Part shown: positions 22,477 through 32,816 of the stretch, in pieces
Layout of the letters: every line of letters starts with the position of its first letter
Numbering within the stretch: position 1 is the first letter of the stretch
Assembly: GCA_020184695.1 (NCBI GenBank)
Contig: JAANOX010000081.1
Location: 1 to 64,000 of the forward strand
DNA from: Histomonas meleagridis 2922-C6/04-290x
Taxonomy: Eukaryota > Protista > Parabasalia
Length of the DNA stretch: 64,000 bases
Direction: 5' to 3'
Made by a program: the position numbers and the translations under genes
Notes under the pieces: generated by a model
Database searches by the model: none
Seen by the model: the letters and a program-made list of their open reading frames with translations, nothing else
What the model was told of the DNA's origin: nothing

Positions 22477-23112
22477 TTAGTTAGCTTTCTTTGGGATTGG
22501 ACCACGGCGATAGACGCGACGCATGTGGTTACCACATTCAACAATTTTGCCTGAAGCAAGGTATTCTTTGTATTCTTGAAGAGTGTATGGTGTGAAACCA
22601 ACCTTTGATGAAACGATAACCTTTGATTTTCCTGGGAACTTGAATGATGCACGGCGGAAGGCTTCGATAGCGTTCTTGAGACCATCCTTTGGTGCACGAA
22701 CTGACATGATGCATTGTGGGTGGTTAACACGGGAAACCATACCATTTGGTTTACCGAAGGCATGACGCATACCTGTTTGAAGTCTATCTGCACCTGCGGT
22801 GGAAAGCATCTTGTTGATACGGAGAACATGGAATGGGTGAAGATTGATACGGATGTGATATGCTTTACCCATTGTCTTCATCATGTAACGGTTTGAGCTA
22901 ACACGAGCGGCTTCGAGTGCTTCGGCAGAAATGTTTTGCCTGTGTTCAAGATATATAAGACGAACACAATATGGGAAAACGTGTGCTGTGGCTTGCTTGG
23001 TACCAGTTTCATAACGTTGGAGACGTGGATCTGGAACACCACGGCAGAAGCGGGATTTTGGATATGGTGCACTCTTGAAGTAGCGGTAGCAACGAGCTGG
23101 ACGACGACCCAT
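22477..23112 (-). CDS. RPL10: 60S ribosomal protein L10 (uL16/QM)
   Basis: [11 protein letters not shown]...[42 protein letters not shown]. Confidence 0.98.
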   Translation of the reverse strand: MGRRPARCYRYFKSAPYPKSRFCRGVPDPRLQRYETGTKQATAHVFPYCVRLIYLEHRQNISAEALEAARVSSNRYMMKTMGKAYHIRINLHPFHVLRINKMLSTAGADRLQTGMRHAFGKPNGMVSRVNHPQCIMSVRAPKDGLKNAIEAFRRASFKFPGKSKVIVSSKVGFTPYTLQEYKEYLASGKIVECGNHMRRVYRRGPIPKKAN

Positions 23113-23118
23113 TGTGCA

Positions 23119-23138
23119 AAAGGCTCGACCAAACCGTA
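23119..23138 (-). promoter_or_regulatory. M3 + M5 core promoter of RPL10
   Basis: Minus strand TACGGTTT-ggtcgag-CCTTT-tgcaca-ATG, with the same 7-nt spacing as RPL23A. Confidence 0.75.
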
Positions 23139-23218
23139 AAGACGATCAAATAAATAATAAAAGTGCTAACCGTTTTAAAAAATGGCGGTTGTTTTGTACG
23201 TTAAAACAAGATAAAACA

Positions 23219-24580
23219 ATGAAGAAAAAAGAGCAATTGGAAGAAATTACAAAAAAAGTCAAAAAATTGATCGATGAAATGAAATCTATAGATGCTTCTA
23301 CTCAAATTGGTTATGATAATGCTGAACTTTCTGATTCAGACTTTTCAGATTATTTATACGATATTTCAGATGATGGTTTGAGTGAAGTTAGCGATATCCC
23401 TTCTATTGCTTCTATATATCCAACTTTACCAAAGACAAAAAACGAAACCATAAAAACAAATAAAAGAAAAATTTCAAAAATTCCTGTTCCAAAAGGAAAA
23501 GGAATTCCTAAAAAAATTCAAAGCCCCAAGCAAAGTAATGTTCGTTTTGCAAAACCGATTGAAATACAGCAACAACAAGTAATCCATCCTATCAATTTTC
23601 TTGCTCCAGACTTTTCAAAATATTCCAAAGCTACGCTTTGTATATTTGAAGGCACTGGCTTCCCACGATCTCGAAATGGTGAACGAAGTACATATATAGT
23701 TGCTCGACTTCACCCTGATCTTCCACCTGTTGAATCACCAATTTGTTTTAATCGAACCAACGATGCTACGTATAATGGAGGATTTGATCTTAATATAATT
23801 GGTCTTGATTTTACATCAATTGTTCCTGTTATTGAAGTTTTTGACTTTATTTCTGAAACTCAACGTGAACTAATTGGAATGGCATTTATACAATTAAATA
23901 TGGCGCACAATGATAATGACATATGTGTTGTTTTACAAGATGAATGGATTGATATTTATACTATTAATACAAGAATGAAATGTGGGAAAATTCGAATGTC
24001 ATTAGTTTTTCATAATGAAGATGATGACATATCTCATTTGATTCACAAAAATCAAATAGAAAAAGAACAAATATCGAAGTCATCAAAACAGCAAAAAGAA
24101 AATAAACTTGATAAAGATGATGAACAATTATCTAAAAAAGAATCAACTGCTGTTCAAACAGTTCCAGAAACGCCACCGATTCAAAAAGATTTATTCACAG
24201 AAGACAGTTCAATGAGTGAAATGCATTTGGATTATTCATTACCTGTTGGGCCTTGGAAATCATTTCCATGTGAAAGTGATTCCTTAAATATACCTGTTAA
24301 AGAAATTAAAAAAGAAAAGATAAACCCAAATAAACCAGTATTATACTTCGTTGATGAAGTGGATCTTGATGTATCAGATGAATTAATAAAAGAAGAACCA
24401 CCATTAAAGACATCAAAACCATTTATTAAACCCAAAATAAAAGATGTTAACCAATACAATTTGAATTTAGATGAAAGTTTTTCTTCAACTACAGACAAAG
24501 AAGAAAAAAATATAAGAGAAACAGAAGCATCGCCTTTGATGAACAGATATGCTAAATATTCTGATTTTAATTGGAATTAA
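23219..24580 (+). CDS. C2-domain protein (C2CD3-like centriolar type, tentative)
   Basis: First true ATG at 23219. The central region ATLCIFEGTGFP...STYIVARL...PVIEVFDFISETQRELIGMAFIQL has a C2 beta-sandwich pattern, with low-complexity flanks. Confidence 0.65.
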   Translation: MKKKEQLEEITKKVKKLIDEMKSIDASTQIGYDNAELSDSDFSDYLYDISDDGLSEVSDIPSIASIYPTLPKTKNETIKTNKRKISKIPVPKGKGIPKKIQSPKQSNVRFAKPIEIQQQQVIHPINFLAPDFSKYSKATLCIFEGTGFPRSRNGERSTYIVARLHPDLPPVESPICFNRTNDATYNGGFDLNIIGLDFTSIVPVIEVFDFISETQRELIGMAFIQLNMAHNDNDICVVLQDEWIDIYTINTRMKCGKIRMSLVFHNEDDDISHLIHKNQIEKEQISKSSKQQKENKLDKDDEQLSKKESTAVQTVPETPPIQKDLFTEDSSMSEMHLDYSLPVGPWKSFPCESDSLNIPVKEIKKEKINPNKPVLYFVDEVDLDVSDELIKEEPPLKTSKPFIKPKIKDVNQYNLNLDESFSSTTDKEEKNIRETEASPLMNRYAKYSDFNWN

Positions 24581-24610
24581 TGCAAAGAAATGTTTTTGAA
24601 CGTTTAAATT

Positions 24611-24624
24611 TTAACGGCCGTTAA
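24611..24624. promoter_or_regulatory. Palindromic double Myb-like site TTAACGGCCGTTAA
   Basis: Perfect 14-bp palindrome (two inverted TAACGG) ending 11 nt before the ATG at 24636, in a 55-bp spacer. Confidence 0.45.
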
Positions 24625-24635
24625 TACCTTGGGAA

Positions 24636-26003
24636 ATGATTGTTTATAAGAAACAAAAAAGAGCAAAACTAAATTCTTACCTACAATTTATAGGGAGAGG
24701 CTATGAAGCAAATGACACAATATCTGATTTTTCTTCAAATAGTCCGAATTACAAAAATCTAAATGAAATATGTACATTATTTTCCAATGGGATGCAGGGA
24801 AAGCAGTTGGAAATGATTGGTAATTCTCTTGAGCAACTTTATGAATTCTCTGATAAAAAAACAATTTTAAATAATGCGATATTTAGACACTTCAATACAC
24901 TTCAAAATATCATGTTTGTTTTTAGCAACATTGAAATTTTTGGTGTCGATCTCCAAATTCTTTCAATCAAGATAATAAACCGATTAATTTCAAATTCAAA
25001 AGATTTAGTAGAAACAATAATTTCGTTTGGAATTATTCCAATGATTTCCAATGCTCTTCATGTCGAAAATGATTTGCTTAATATTGAAATTATTATATGC
25101 TTTACTAAGCTTGCAAATCATTGTGATGTTTGTCAAAACCATGTTGTTGGAAACATTCCTCTTGAGCAGGTCCATCAGTATGTTCGATCAAAAAACCCAC
25201 ATTTCGAAGAAGTGACAATCGATTTCCTTGTTTCAATCTCCAAATATCCACTTGACGAATCGGTAATTGAGTATTGCTTTGGTGAATTCTATTATATTTT
25301 AAATTCCACTGAGAATGACCACTTTATATCTACTTGCATAATTGGCATTAATTATCTTGTTTTACAGCCAAGTGAAATTTGGCCAAGACTTTTTGCATGT
25401 ACTAGTTTTGACAAAATCATAACTCTTCATATCATTAGTGAAGATCCTGATGTTGTTATTCCATTATTAGATCTTGTATCAAATATCTATTTCAAAGGTG
25501 AAGCGGTTAGCGGTTTGCAGTTTTTAACTATCGTCCAAAAATTGGAGTACCCCAAAATACGGCCTATCGTATCGGTTACCATCAAGTACATTATCAGGAA
25601 TAAACCCGAACTTATAAGCAAATTTATAAACATGGGGTTGCTGACAACAACTTCAAGAGTATTTATACGTTCTACATTTCAAGCAAAATCAAAAATGTTA
25701 AATTATTTATACGTTATCACTGAAATTGGATGCCCAGGCGATATTTATAAACTTATTGAATCAGACATTCTTAGTATTTTTGTACATATGATCGAAAATG
25801 GATTTGATAAAGAAGTTATGAAATCAATTAAAGCCATTGATAATTGTTTTAGAGAAATGACCAGAGAAAAGTGTTGTAGAAGACTTAGGGAAACAGAAGG
25901 TTCAGATGTTATTTTTACTCTACCAAGATACAATAATCAAGAAATTGCTGATTTCTCGAATGACTTCCTTATTAGGAATAGAGACCTTATAGAAGGTGAT
26001 TGA
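24636..26003 (+). CDS. Armadillo/importin-alpha-like helical repeat protein
   Basis: 455-aa ORF with ARM-like segments (TIISFGIIPMISNAL, KFINMGLL, KLIESDILSIFVHMI). Confidence 0.6.
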   Translation: MIVYKKQKRAKLNSYLQFIGRGYEANDTISDFSSNSPNYKNLNEICTLFSNGMQGKQLEMIGNSLEQLYEFSDKKTILNNAIFRHFNTLQNIMFVFSNIEIFGVDLQILSIKIINRLISNSKDLVETIISFGIIPMISNALHVENDLLNIEIIICFTKLANHCDVCQNHVVGNIPLEQVHQYVRSKNPHFEEVTIDFLVSISKYPLDESVIEYCFGEFYYILNSTENDHFISTCIIGINYLVLQPSEIWPRLFACTSFDKIITLHIISEDPDVVIPLLDLVSNIYFKGEAVSGLQFLTIVQKLEYPKIRPIVSVTIKYIIRNKPELISKFINMGLLTTTSRVFIRSTFQAKSKMLNYLYVITEIGCPGDIYKLIESDILSIFVHMIENGFDKEVMKSIKAIDNCFREMTREKCCRRLRETEGSDVIFTLPRYNNQEIADFSNDFLIRNRDLIEGD

Positions 26004-26051
26004 TATTATTGTGTTAAAATACTTAATTAATAAAGCGTCTTGTTAATTGTT

Positions 26052-26432
26052 TTAACCATTTGGGATGATTCTCATAGCAGAATCTAATGTAGCTTGCCCT
26101 GCAATCTTTTCTGCAACATCGCTTCTTCCTAGAACTCTGATAAAAAACGTTTTAGGTATTGAAGAATAAGTTTCCATTTCACTTTCATTTAATGGCTTAA
26201 ATACATATTGTCTATATGACTTACTAAAAACTGATATCGAAAATGTGCTGCGTGGAGTTCTAATGATTAAAGGTGTTGTTAAACTATATATATCATAAAA
26301 AGAATCAGCAAAAGCTACTAATATTTCTTGAAGGTGCGCATCAGTAAACCAATCGCCTGGAGGAGCCATAAATTCAATTGTTGCAAATCTGTCCTTTGAA
26401 ATCCTCACATATAATGTTTTTCTTCCCTCCAT
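26052..26432 (-). CDS. Hypothetical protein
   Basis: 126-aa ATG-initiated ORF with normal composition that exactly fills the gap between its neighbours. Confidence 0.6.
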   Translation of the reverse strand: MEGRKTLYVRISKDRFATIEFMAPPGDWFTDAHLQEILVAFADSFYDIYSLTTPLIIRTPRSTFSISVFSKSYRQYVFKPLNESEMETYSSIPKTFFIRVLGRSDVAEKIAGQATLDSAMRIIPNG

Positions 26433-26485
26433 TGTATCGGTCGTGATTTGGTACAGGGCACCCCAAATTTGTCACCAAACAAAAC

Positions 26486-27268
26486 ATGAAACCTTTTTTA
26501 AAAAAATTGTTTGGATGGGTTAGCGACGATGTAGAAATCCCGAACAAGCCAATATATTTAGATCTCCCGGGAGAAGATTACTACCGACCAAAATCAAATA
26601 TTTCAAATATTTTATTTCGTCCAGAGCACAAGGATACTGAAACACAAACCGAGTGTAGCTTAGTAACAGCTGCTAATACACAAATAATGACAGATCCTCT
26701 TAATTTTGATATAAATATATTTAACAAAAATCCGAAACCAGTTCCCAAAAATATTCCATTTGAACTTAAATATGACTTGTTTAACACAAAGTTTGGATTA
26801 CAAGCAGATAATGATCCGCCAAAAATAACATTTAAACCAAAAGTCAAATTCAACAAACCATTAATTTCATGTAGCACAGCACCACATTTCGAATTCACAC
26901 TTCCAGGTGCTTCTACAGAATCAGGAAATATACCATTTCCAGAGTTTAAACAAATTGAATGGAAAAGTAATCCCCAAAACACAGAACTAACACCAGTCAC
27001 ACAAAACAAAAAAGTTGAGCCTTCTACGGAACCAACCGTATACAAATCTGACAGATCTAATAGTGTGAATAATGATATTCCAGAATCAGACAACGAAAAT
27101 GAACAAGAAAACAGCAGCAGCGGTGCTGAATCGCATAGCTATCAAGAAAGTGATAGCAGTGATTCCAGTGCTGGTTCTCAATATTCTGAATATAGTAGTC
27201 TTCAAGAGGATCAATATGATTCATCAAACAGTACCCATTCAAGTTCTGAAGAAGATAGTTCCAGCTAA
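26486..27268 (+). CDS. Hypothetical protein with Ser/acidic C-terminal tail
   Basis: 260-aa ORF, divergent from 26432 across 53 bp. Confidence 0.7.
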   Translation: MKPFLKKLFGWVSDDVEIPNKPIYLDLPGEDYYRPKSNISNILFRPEHKDTETQTECSLVTAANTQIMTDPLNFDINIFNKNPKPVPKNIPFELKYDLFNTKFGLQADNDPPKITFKPKVKFNKPLISCSTAPHFEFTLPGASTESGNIPFPEFKQIEWKSNPQNTELTPVTQNKKVEPSTEPTVYKSDRSNSVNNDIPESDNENEQENSSSGAESHSYQESDSSDSSAGSQYSEYSSLQEDQYDSSNSTHSSSEEDSSS

Positions 27269-27344
27269 TAAGTTATAATAAATTTATATTCGAATCCAAT
27301 TTATTTTTATAAATCAGCCGTTTATATTTGCGAACGTTTATAAT

Positions 27345-28238
27345 ATGTATTCCCAAAATCCACAAATCAATCCTCCTATTTACGAAGGAATTAACCCATT
27401 CAAAGGAACGCAACAAAGATTTGTTCCACAAATGGGAGATGTTCCAACCGAAAATCCTAGTTTTGAACAAGAAGAAGGATATCCACCTCCTGATCCGTCT
27501 TTATATGATTTTTATGCTTCTGATCCTTCAATGCAAGCATATTTTAAATCGCAATGTCAACCACAGTTCACGTTTGCTCGAAGAATTAACAAGATGAATT
27601 GGGATCTAATTTCAAATATTGATGTTTCAACAATTGCACGCAATGGTGATTTTGCATCAATTGAATATCTTATGCATCCAATAGCATTTGCAAATATAAC
27701 GCAAGATGATTTAAAACATTTTAATGATCGAGGTGCGCTTCATGCTTTTCTAATTTTGCAAATGGCTGTTGAAGTTCTCCTTGTCAGAATAGGTAATACC
27801 CCACTTCCATCAGCCGTCAATCAACAAAAACCAATTGAACCAAATCCGCAAATCACGGCTCAATATGAAGCTAGAATTGATTTGTTGAAAAAAGACATCA
27901 AATCACGAGATAACATAATAAATAGTCTTACAGAAAGAGTTCAAGTCGCTGAACAAGAAAGGGATGAGCTCAAAACTCTGCTTCGTACGTCGAAAGAATC
28001 GCCAAAGACGTCAAAATCATCGAAACCGGTAAAACAGTCGAAACAACATAAGAAAACAATACAATATTCTTCGGAGGAAAGCGACGAAACTACTGAAGAA
28101 AGCGGAGCTTTGCATATTGACACGCAATACATTCGATATAAGCAGGAAAGACCTCATGTAGCAACAAAAAGAAAACAACCTGTTAAATATAAAAAGAAAC
28201 CTGCCAAAAGCGAATCATCTTCTTCGGGATGGACATAA
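27345..28238 (+). CDS. DZIP1/Iguana-like N-terminal domain plus coiled coil
   Basis: FTFARRINKMNWDLISNIDV...IAFANI...FLILQMAVEVLL parallels the Dzip-like_N pattern (F.FR.R...DWR....DV...ITF....LAQ..IEYLL), followed by a coiled coil. Confidence 0.7.
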   Translation: MYSQNPQINPPIYEGINPFKGTQQRFVPQMGDVPTENPSFEQEEGYPPPDPSLYDFYASDPSMQAYFKSQCQPQFTFARRINKMNWDLISNIDVSTIARNGDFASIEYLMHPIAFANITQDDLKHFNDRGALHAFLILQMAVEVLLVRIGNTPLPSAVNQQKPIEPNPQITAQYEARIDLLKKDIKSRDNIINSLTERVQVAEQERDELKTLLRTSKESPKTSKSSKPVKQSKQHKKTIQYSSEESDETTEESGALHIDTQYIRYKQERPHVATKRKQPVKYKKKPAKSESSSSGWT

Positions 28239-28515
28239 CATTCATTGTAACTAAATTTTTATATTTGTAATTTTTAAATTTTTATACCATCAAAAATTTA
28301 TTTTATTCTTTATCAACAAATCATTGTATTAGAAAATAATGTTATTTATATATGTAATTTTGTTTGATATTTAGTTGTTTATATGAAAAATTTATAGGGT
28401 AACAAAAAATGGTTTGTAATATTTACATTAATTAACACATATTTATGAAGTTTTAACTCTATATACACTCGTCAGAAAACGTGTTTTAAAATTACTGCGA
28501 TCCTAATTTCATTTA

Positions 28516-28824
28516 CTATGTTATATTATCATGTATTAGTATAAACTTGTTAACCGATCGCTGGTCTTCGATAGCTTTAGCTGTCGCGGTAATTATTCTG
28601 TCGCTAGTGCTACTTGTACAGGCAACATAACTGTTGCTACCATTAACAATTATTATATTGGTAACAGTATAGGTGGAGGTTCTAATGCAACAATAACGAT
28701 ACCTTGTATTGCTACTATTAAAAGTGATGGTGTTATGGAAGTCGGAGAATATATTGATTTTCATTATTGTAATGAAAGAAATAAACTCAAAATCAAATAA
28801 TTTAGTGTTTTTTAATGGTGTCAA
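28516..28824 (-). pseudogene. Possible relic of a beta-rich surface protein
   Basis: Thr/Ser/Asn/Ile-rich short ORF with no convincing start. Confidence 0.25.
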
Positions 28825-28884
28825 TGATAAATAAATTTTTCTTTATAAACAAATGCAAATTCAAATTCAAATACATTTTATTGA

Positions 28885-30555
28885 TTACTCACAAAAAGAC
28901 TTTACTCTAATCATAACGAACAGCGAAATCACTGCGAATGTGAACACGAGCAGCAGCACTTCTTTGAAGTGCGGCATTTCCAAAAGGCTTTTCACGTTCA
29001 AATTCGATAGCACGTGATAAGCGTAAGCGTACGACCTCATTAAAGACACAAGAAACGCGTCTTTCGGCCTCAACCTAAGCAAATCGTCCAAATGTTCCAT
29101 TGCGCAAGACATGTTATTCATATTTTCCCAAAACTTATCGAACGCTATGTAAGGATTTCTTTTCGCATAAGTTTCGATCAATTTGTTTTTTCTTTTTCTG
29201 TCAGGTTCGAATTGAATTATGTCATAAATTCTTCGGACGAAATTCGAGTGAAGCATCAAATTCATTATGTTTAAGTTTGTGTCTTGATTTTGCTTCATTA
29301 TTATGTAGTCGTTCCACATCGCTGCTTTATTGCCCATGAAAGCGAGTCGAAGATATATACGTTTTGGGAGGCTATAATCCGAAAAGGAAACTAATTCTTC
29401 AGCATGTTGAACTTCATCAATAAATAATGTGCTATCTATGAATTTACGTATGAATTTGACTTCATGTTTTTTGGTGATCTTTTGGATGTTTTGAAGACTT
29501 AAAAGAGCGCTAAAGAAATCACGTACTTCTGGTTGAAATGTAGCGTTCCAATATTTAATTAGGTCATTGACTTGGGTAATATTAAGTTCAAATGGTGGAA
29601 TAGATGTAAGTTGTAAATAAATTAGGAGCTCGGCGGTTTTTTCATCGGCGTAAGAATTATTTTCAATGAAATTCAATGCGGTCGTTAACTTTTCAGTGTC
29701 ATTCAATTTTTGATGCAGATGTTGGAATACAATGTCGAAAGAAAATATCCTTTGAGCTAAAAGAGATGTGTTAAGGAATTGCTCACAGACAGAAATTACA
29801 TCATTAGGTGTGCCTTTATGTTTAAAACGATAATTAATGAGCGCTTGATATACTTCGGTATCATTTGTGACGTTACGATGAATTATATCTTCAAATAACA
29901 TTGCAATTTTGGGATGTCTGATGTCACAAAAGAAACAATTTATGCTATCATTCGTTGGTGGGATATTTTCAAGATATTGATATTCATAATGATATAAGAT
30001 TTTTCTGGACTTTGTGCTTTTTGGCTCACTTTTAAATTCTGTCATTTTGTGAATGCATGGGAAATAATCAAAAATATATTTGCGGAAGGAATATATTCCA
30101 ATTTCATATATTTCAGCCAATGCTTTTTCATATGATTGATTAACTTCTATACCATAATAGTATCTGTGTGAACGAGAAAGATTTGCCATAATGGTATTTG
30201 ATTGATCGTGATCAATAAATGTCTCTGAAGTTTCGTTTGCTTTTGCTGATTCCAAAAGAAATCTTAAGTCTATGCAATTTTGGTCATCTGTAGTATGTGA
30301 ACAATGATATATTTGTGAAAAAGAAGCAAAAAGATGTGTTTCATTCGTTGAAAAAAATTGATTCATTGCAGATTTTGAGCATTCTTCCGATGTTTGAAAA
30401 TAGTCACAATTATAACTTACATCCATGTTTGGATCTTCTTCTTTTTTTGGTGCATTTGGATCAAAATTGATAAGATCTTGAATTGTTAATATCTCTGGAG
30501 GAAAAAATATATTCTGTTGTGATGCTTGTAAAAATAAAGTATAAATAATAAACAT
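28885..30555 (-). CDS. Type I membrane protein, degenerate SEL1/Hrd3-like
   Basis: N-terminal signal-like segment, YYYGIEVNQSYEKAL (Sel1-repeat-like), YLRLAFMGNKAAMWN and a C-terminal TM helix. Confidence 0.5.
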   Translation of the reverse strand: MFIIYTLFLQASQQNIFFPPEILTIQDLINFDPNAPKKEEDPNMDVSYNCDYFQTSEECSKSAMNQFFSTNETHLFASFSQIYHCSHTTDDQNCIDLRFLLESAKANETSETFIDHDQSNTIMANLSRSHRYYYGIEVNQSYEKALAEIYEIGIYSFRKYIFDYFPCIHKMTEFKSEPKSTKSRKILYHYEYQYLENIPPTNDSINCFFCDIRHPKIAMLFEDIIHRNVTNDTEVYQALINYRFKHKGTPNDVISVCEQFLNTSLLAQRIFSFDIVFQHLHQKLNDTEKLTTALNFIENNSYADEKTAELLIYLQLTSIPPFELNITQVNDLIKYWNATFQPEVRDFFSALLSLQNIQKITKKHEVKFIRKFIDSTLFIDEVQHAEELVSFSDYSLPKRIYLRLAFMGNKAAMWNDYIIMKQNQDTNLNIMNLMLHSNFVRRIYDIIQFEPDRKRKNKLIETYAKRNPYIAFDKFWENMNNMSCAMEHLDDLLRLRPKDAFLVSLMRSYAYAYHVLSNLNVKSLLEMPHFKEVLLLVFTFAVISLFVMIRVKSFCE

Positions 30556-30926
30556 AATGTAAATTTAATTTTTTTGATTTGAGGAGTATTTTTCTGTTCG
30601 ACTACACCTTGTCAATCAAAAAGGCCACTTTTATTCACATACAGGAAAATTCTGAGACTCAAACTTCATATTAATTAACATATATATTGAATGTTTAAAT
30701 ATAAAAATGCATAAAACGGAAATTTCATTAAAAAAATTGCTATAAAACAAAAGTAGAATTATAACTTATTTTTTTAAAAAAGTATCATTACTCAAAATTA
30801 TTTACACATAATAATTTTTTATAAAAGTTTCTCAAGAAAGTGAATAGATTTCATGTTAAAAAAATAAAATTCATTTTGAATAAACTATTTTTATTAAGTT
30901 TTAATAAAAATCTTTATTTAATTAAA

Positions 30927-32816
30927 TTACATTTGTTCAATGAATTTATCTTCTTTAAAATCTTCTGCAAAAGGATCTTCTTCAATATTTGATATGGATA
31001 TTCCTGTTGTAAATGTATTTGTAGTTTCATTTTCCTTTTGTTCCGAAACTTCATTAATTTCTTCTTTTTTACTTCGAACACGAATCAATAACACGACAAG
31101 TAATGATATTACAATAATAACTACAACTACAACACAAACAATAACAATAATTATTGTTGTTTTATCATCGTTTGTTTGTAATTCATTAGTGAAAAATATT
31201 GTATAGAAATTAGAATAATAACTATAGTATGTTGTATAAATAATAAGTGAATAATTATAATAAATAAATTCCGTTTCAATATAAGAAAATGATGATTCGC
31301 TTATAAGCAATGAAAATGATTTTGTTTGTGTTGCATAACCAGTTAATGAAAACGAAATCGATAATGAAATTGTTAATATATATGAAAAAGATATTGTTTG
31401 ATCGCTTTGAAAAGATTTGGTAAATGTATTTGAACACGTAAATGTATTCGATTTGGTAAATGAATTTGAAAATGTATTCGAAAAATTGAATTTCGATGCA
31501 GCAAATGTGTTCGTATTCGAAAACGTATTCGATTGTGAAAATGCAAGTGTTGGCATTAACGAACAGCCTTCAAAAGTGTCTGCGGTTACATATAAATTTC
31601 CAAAACTTCGATCAATGTAATCCTTCGGTACCATAACTGCTGCAGAAACATTTGCAAATGCATTTACTCCAATGTATGGCTCTTTTGTTCCATAAAAGTA
31701 AATACATTTTAGATTTGGACAGGATGAAAATGCAGAACCTCCAATTTCTTTGACATTTTCTCCAATTATAACATATTCCAAATTACTGCAAAAACAAAAA
31801 GCAGAAACTCCAATTGCTGTGACTGAAGAAGGAATTGTGATGTTTGATAACTTAGGACAAGATGCAAATGCATAATTCCCAATTGTTTCGACATTTTCTC
31901 CAATTACAACATATTCCAAATTATTGCAAAAACAAAAAGCAGAACCTCCAATTGATGTAACCAAGTTGCCAATGTGAACATACTTCAGCATTGGCCATTC
32001 ACTGAATTCGCTACTCAAAATTGAAACATTTCCGTATATCATAACACAAACAGCTGAATGCGAATATTCGTCTGCATAATCATTTTCGTTGTATATTAAA
32101 AGTGTATTATTTTCAGTAATATATATTTGAAATGCATTAGTGAAAAATAAAACAAAAAGAAATGAAAAATAATTTGTTTTCATATTATTTGGTTTTAAGA
32201 TATTTTTCAAGAAAAATTTCACATTTAAATACCTTTTGAAATATATAATTAAGAAAGCAAAGAATATTATAGTAGTAAAAAAGAGATAATTGAGTTTTGC
32301 ACCTGTAAAAATATTGAAAGAATATAATGTTTGAAGAAATCCTGATTGAAAATTAGAAATTAAATTTTTATATTGAGTAAAATTAAAATTATGAAACACA
32401 TGAAATGAATACATAAATAAACCTAGAAGATCATAAAAATTTAAAAATGAGGAATTCATAAATTCATGCTTTTGCTCAAGATTCAGTATTTTTATGTTTG
32501 AACATACAGCAATCCTTAACATTTTTTCATTTATGTCAATGATTGCTATTTTCGATTTGGATTTTGAACATGAAATGGGTAAATTCTTATGAATATTTAG
32601 TGATATGAGTTCACTAAATGTTTTGTATTTGAGTGGGGTTTGGTGATTATTTTTGATAATTAAAATGTGTTTATTGGGCCTAAAAACATTGAAAAGTGTT
32701 GTATTTTCAACATAAAATTTTTGAATGGAGTTATTGAAAAAAATCAAAAAAACGATAAATTTGTTTTTGTTATTTTTTATCGTTTTCATTTCACCTGTTA
32801 AGAAAATTTTTGGCAT
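30927..32816 (-). CDS. BspA-like (TpLRR/LRR_5) surface protein with stalk, TM and acidic tail
   Basis: Repeats such as VTSIGGSAFCFCNNLEYVVIG and TIGNYAFASCPKLSNITIP, an S/T/N stalk, a TM segment and IEEDPFAEDFKEDKF. First ATG is 32816; an alternative start lies at 32183. Confidence 0.85.
   Translation of the reverse strand: MPKIFLTGEMKTIKNNKNKFIVFLIFFNNSIQKFYVENTTLFNVFRPNKHILIIKNNHQTPLKYKTFSELISLNIHKNLPISCSKSKSKIAIIDINEKMLRIAVCSNIKILNLEQKHEFMNSSFLNFYDLLGLFMYSFHVFHNFNFTQYKNLISNFQSGFLQTLYSFNIFTGAKLNYLFFTTIIFFAFLIIYFKRYLNVKFFLKNILKPNNMKTNYFSFLFVLFFTNAFQIYITENNTLLIYNENDYADEYSHSAVCVMIYGNVSILSSEFSEWPMLKYVHIGNLVTSIGGSAFCFCNNLEYVVIGENVETIGNYAFASCPKLSNITIPSSVTAIGVSAFCFCSNLEYVIIGENVKEIGGSAFSSCPNLKCIYFYGTKEPYIGVNAFANVSAAVMVPKDYIDRSFGNLYVTADTFEGCSLMPTLAFSQSNTFSNTNTFAASKFNFSNTFSNSFTKSNTFTCSNTFTKSFQSDQTISFSYILTISLSISFSLTGYATQTKSFSLLISESSFSYIETEFIYYNYSLIIYTTYYSYYSNFYTIFFTNELQTNDDKTTIIIVIVCVVVVVIIVISLLVVLLIRVRSKKEEINEVSEQKENETTNTFTTGISISNIEEDPFAEDFKEDKFIEQM

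Noticed and set aside
22458-23139. Overlapping ORFs on and opposite RPL10 (also those over 50260-51309, 48327-49262, 35980-38772 and 26486-28238)
   Set aside because: These are shadow ORFs expected from GC-richer, codon-biased genes, with no protein-like features.
23114-23218. ORF-track N-terminal extensions from non-ATG starts (also 41328-41384, 52262-52273, 57984-58007)
   Set aside because: They begin at GTG/TTG or other near-cognate codons and run through promoter DNA; the first ATG was used instead.
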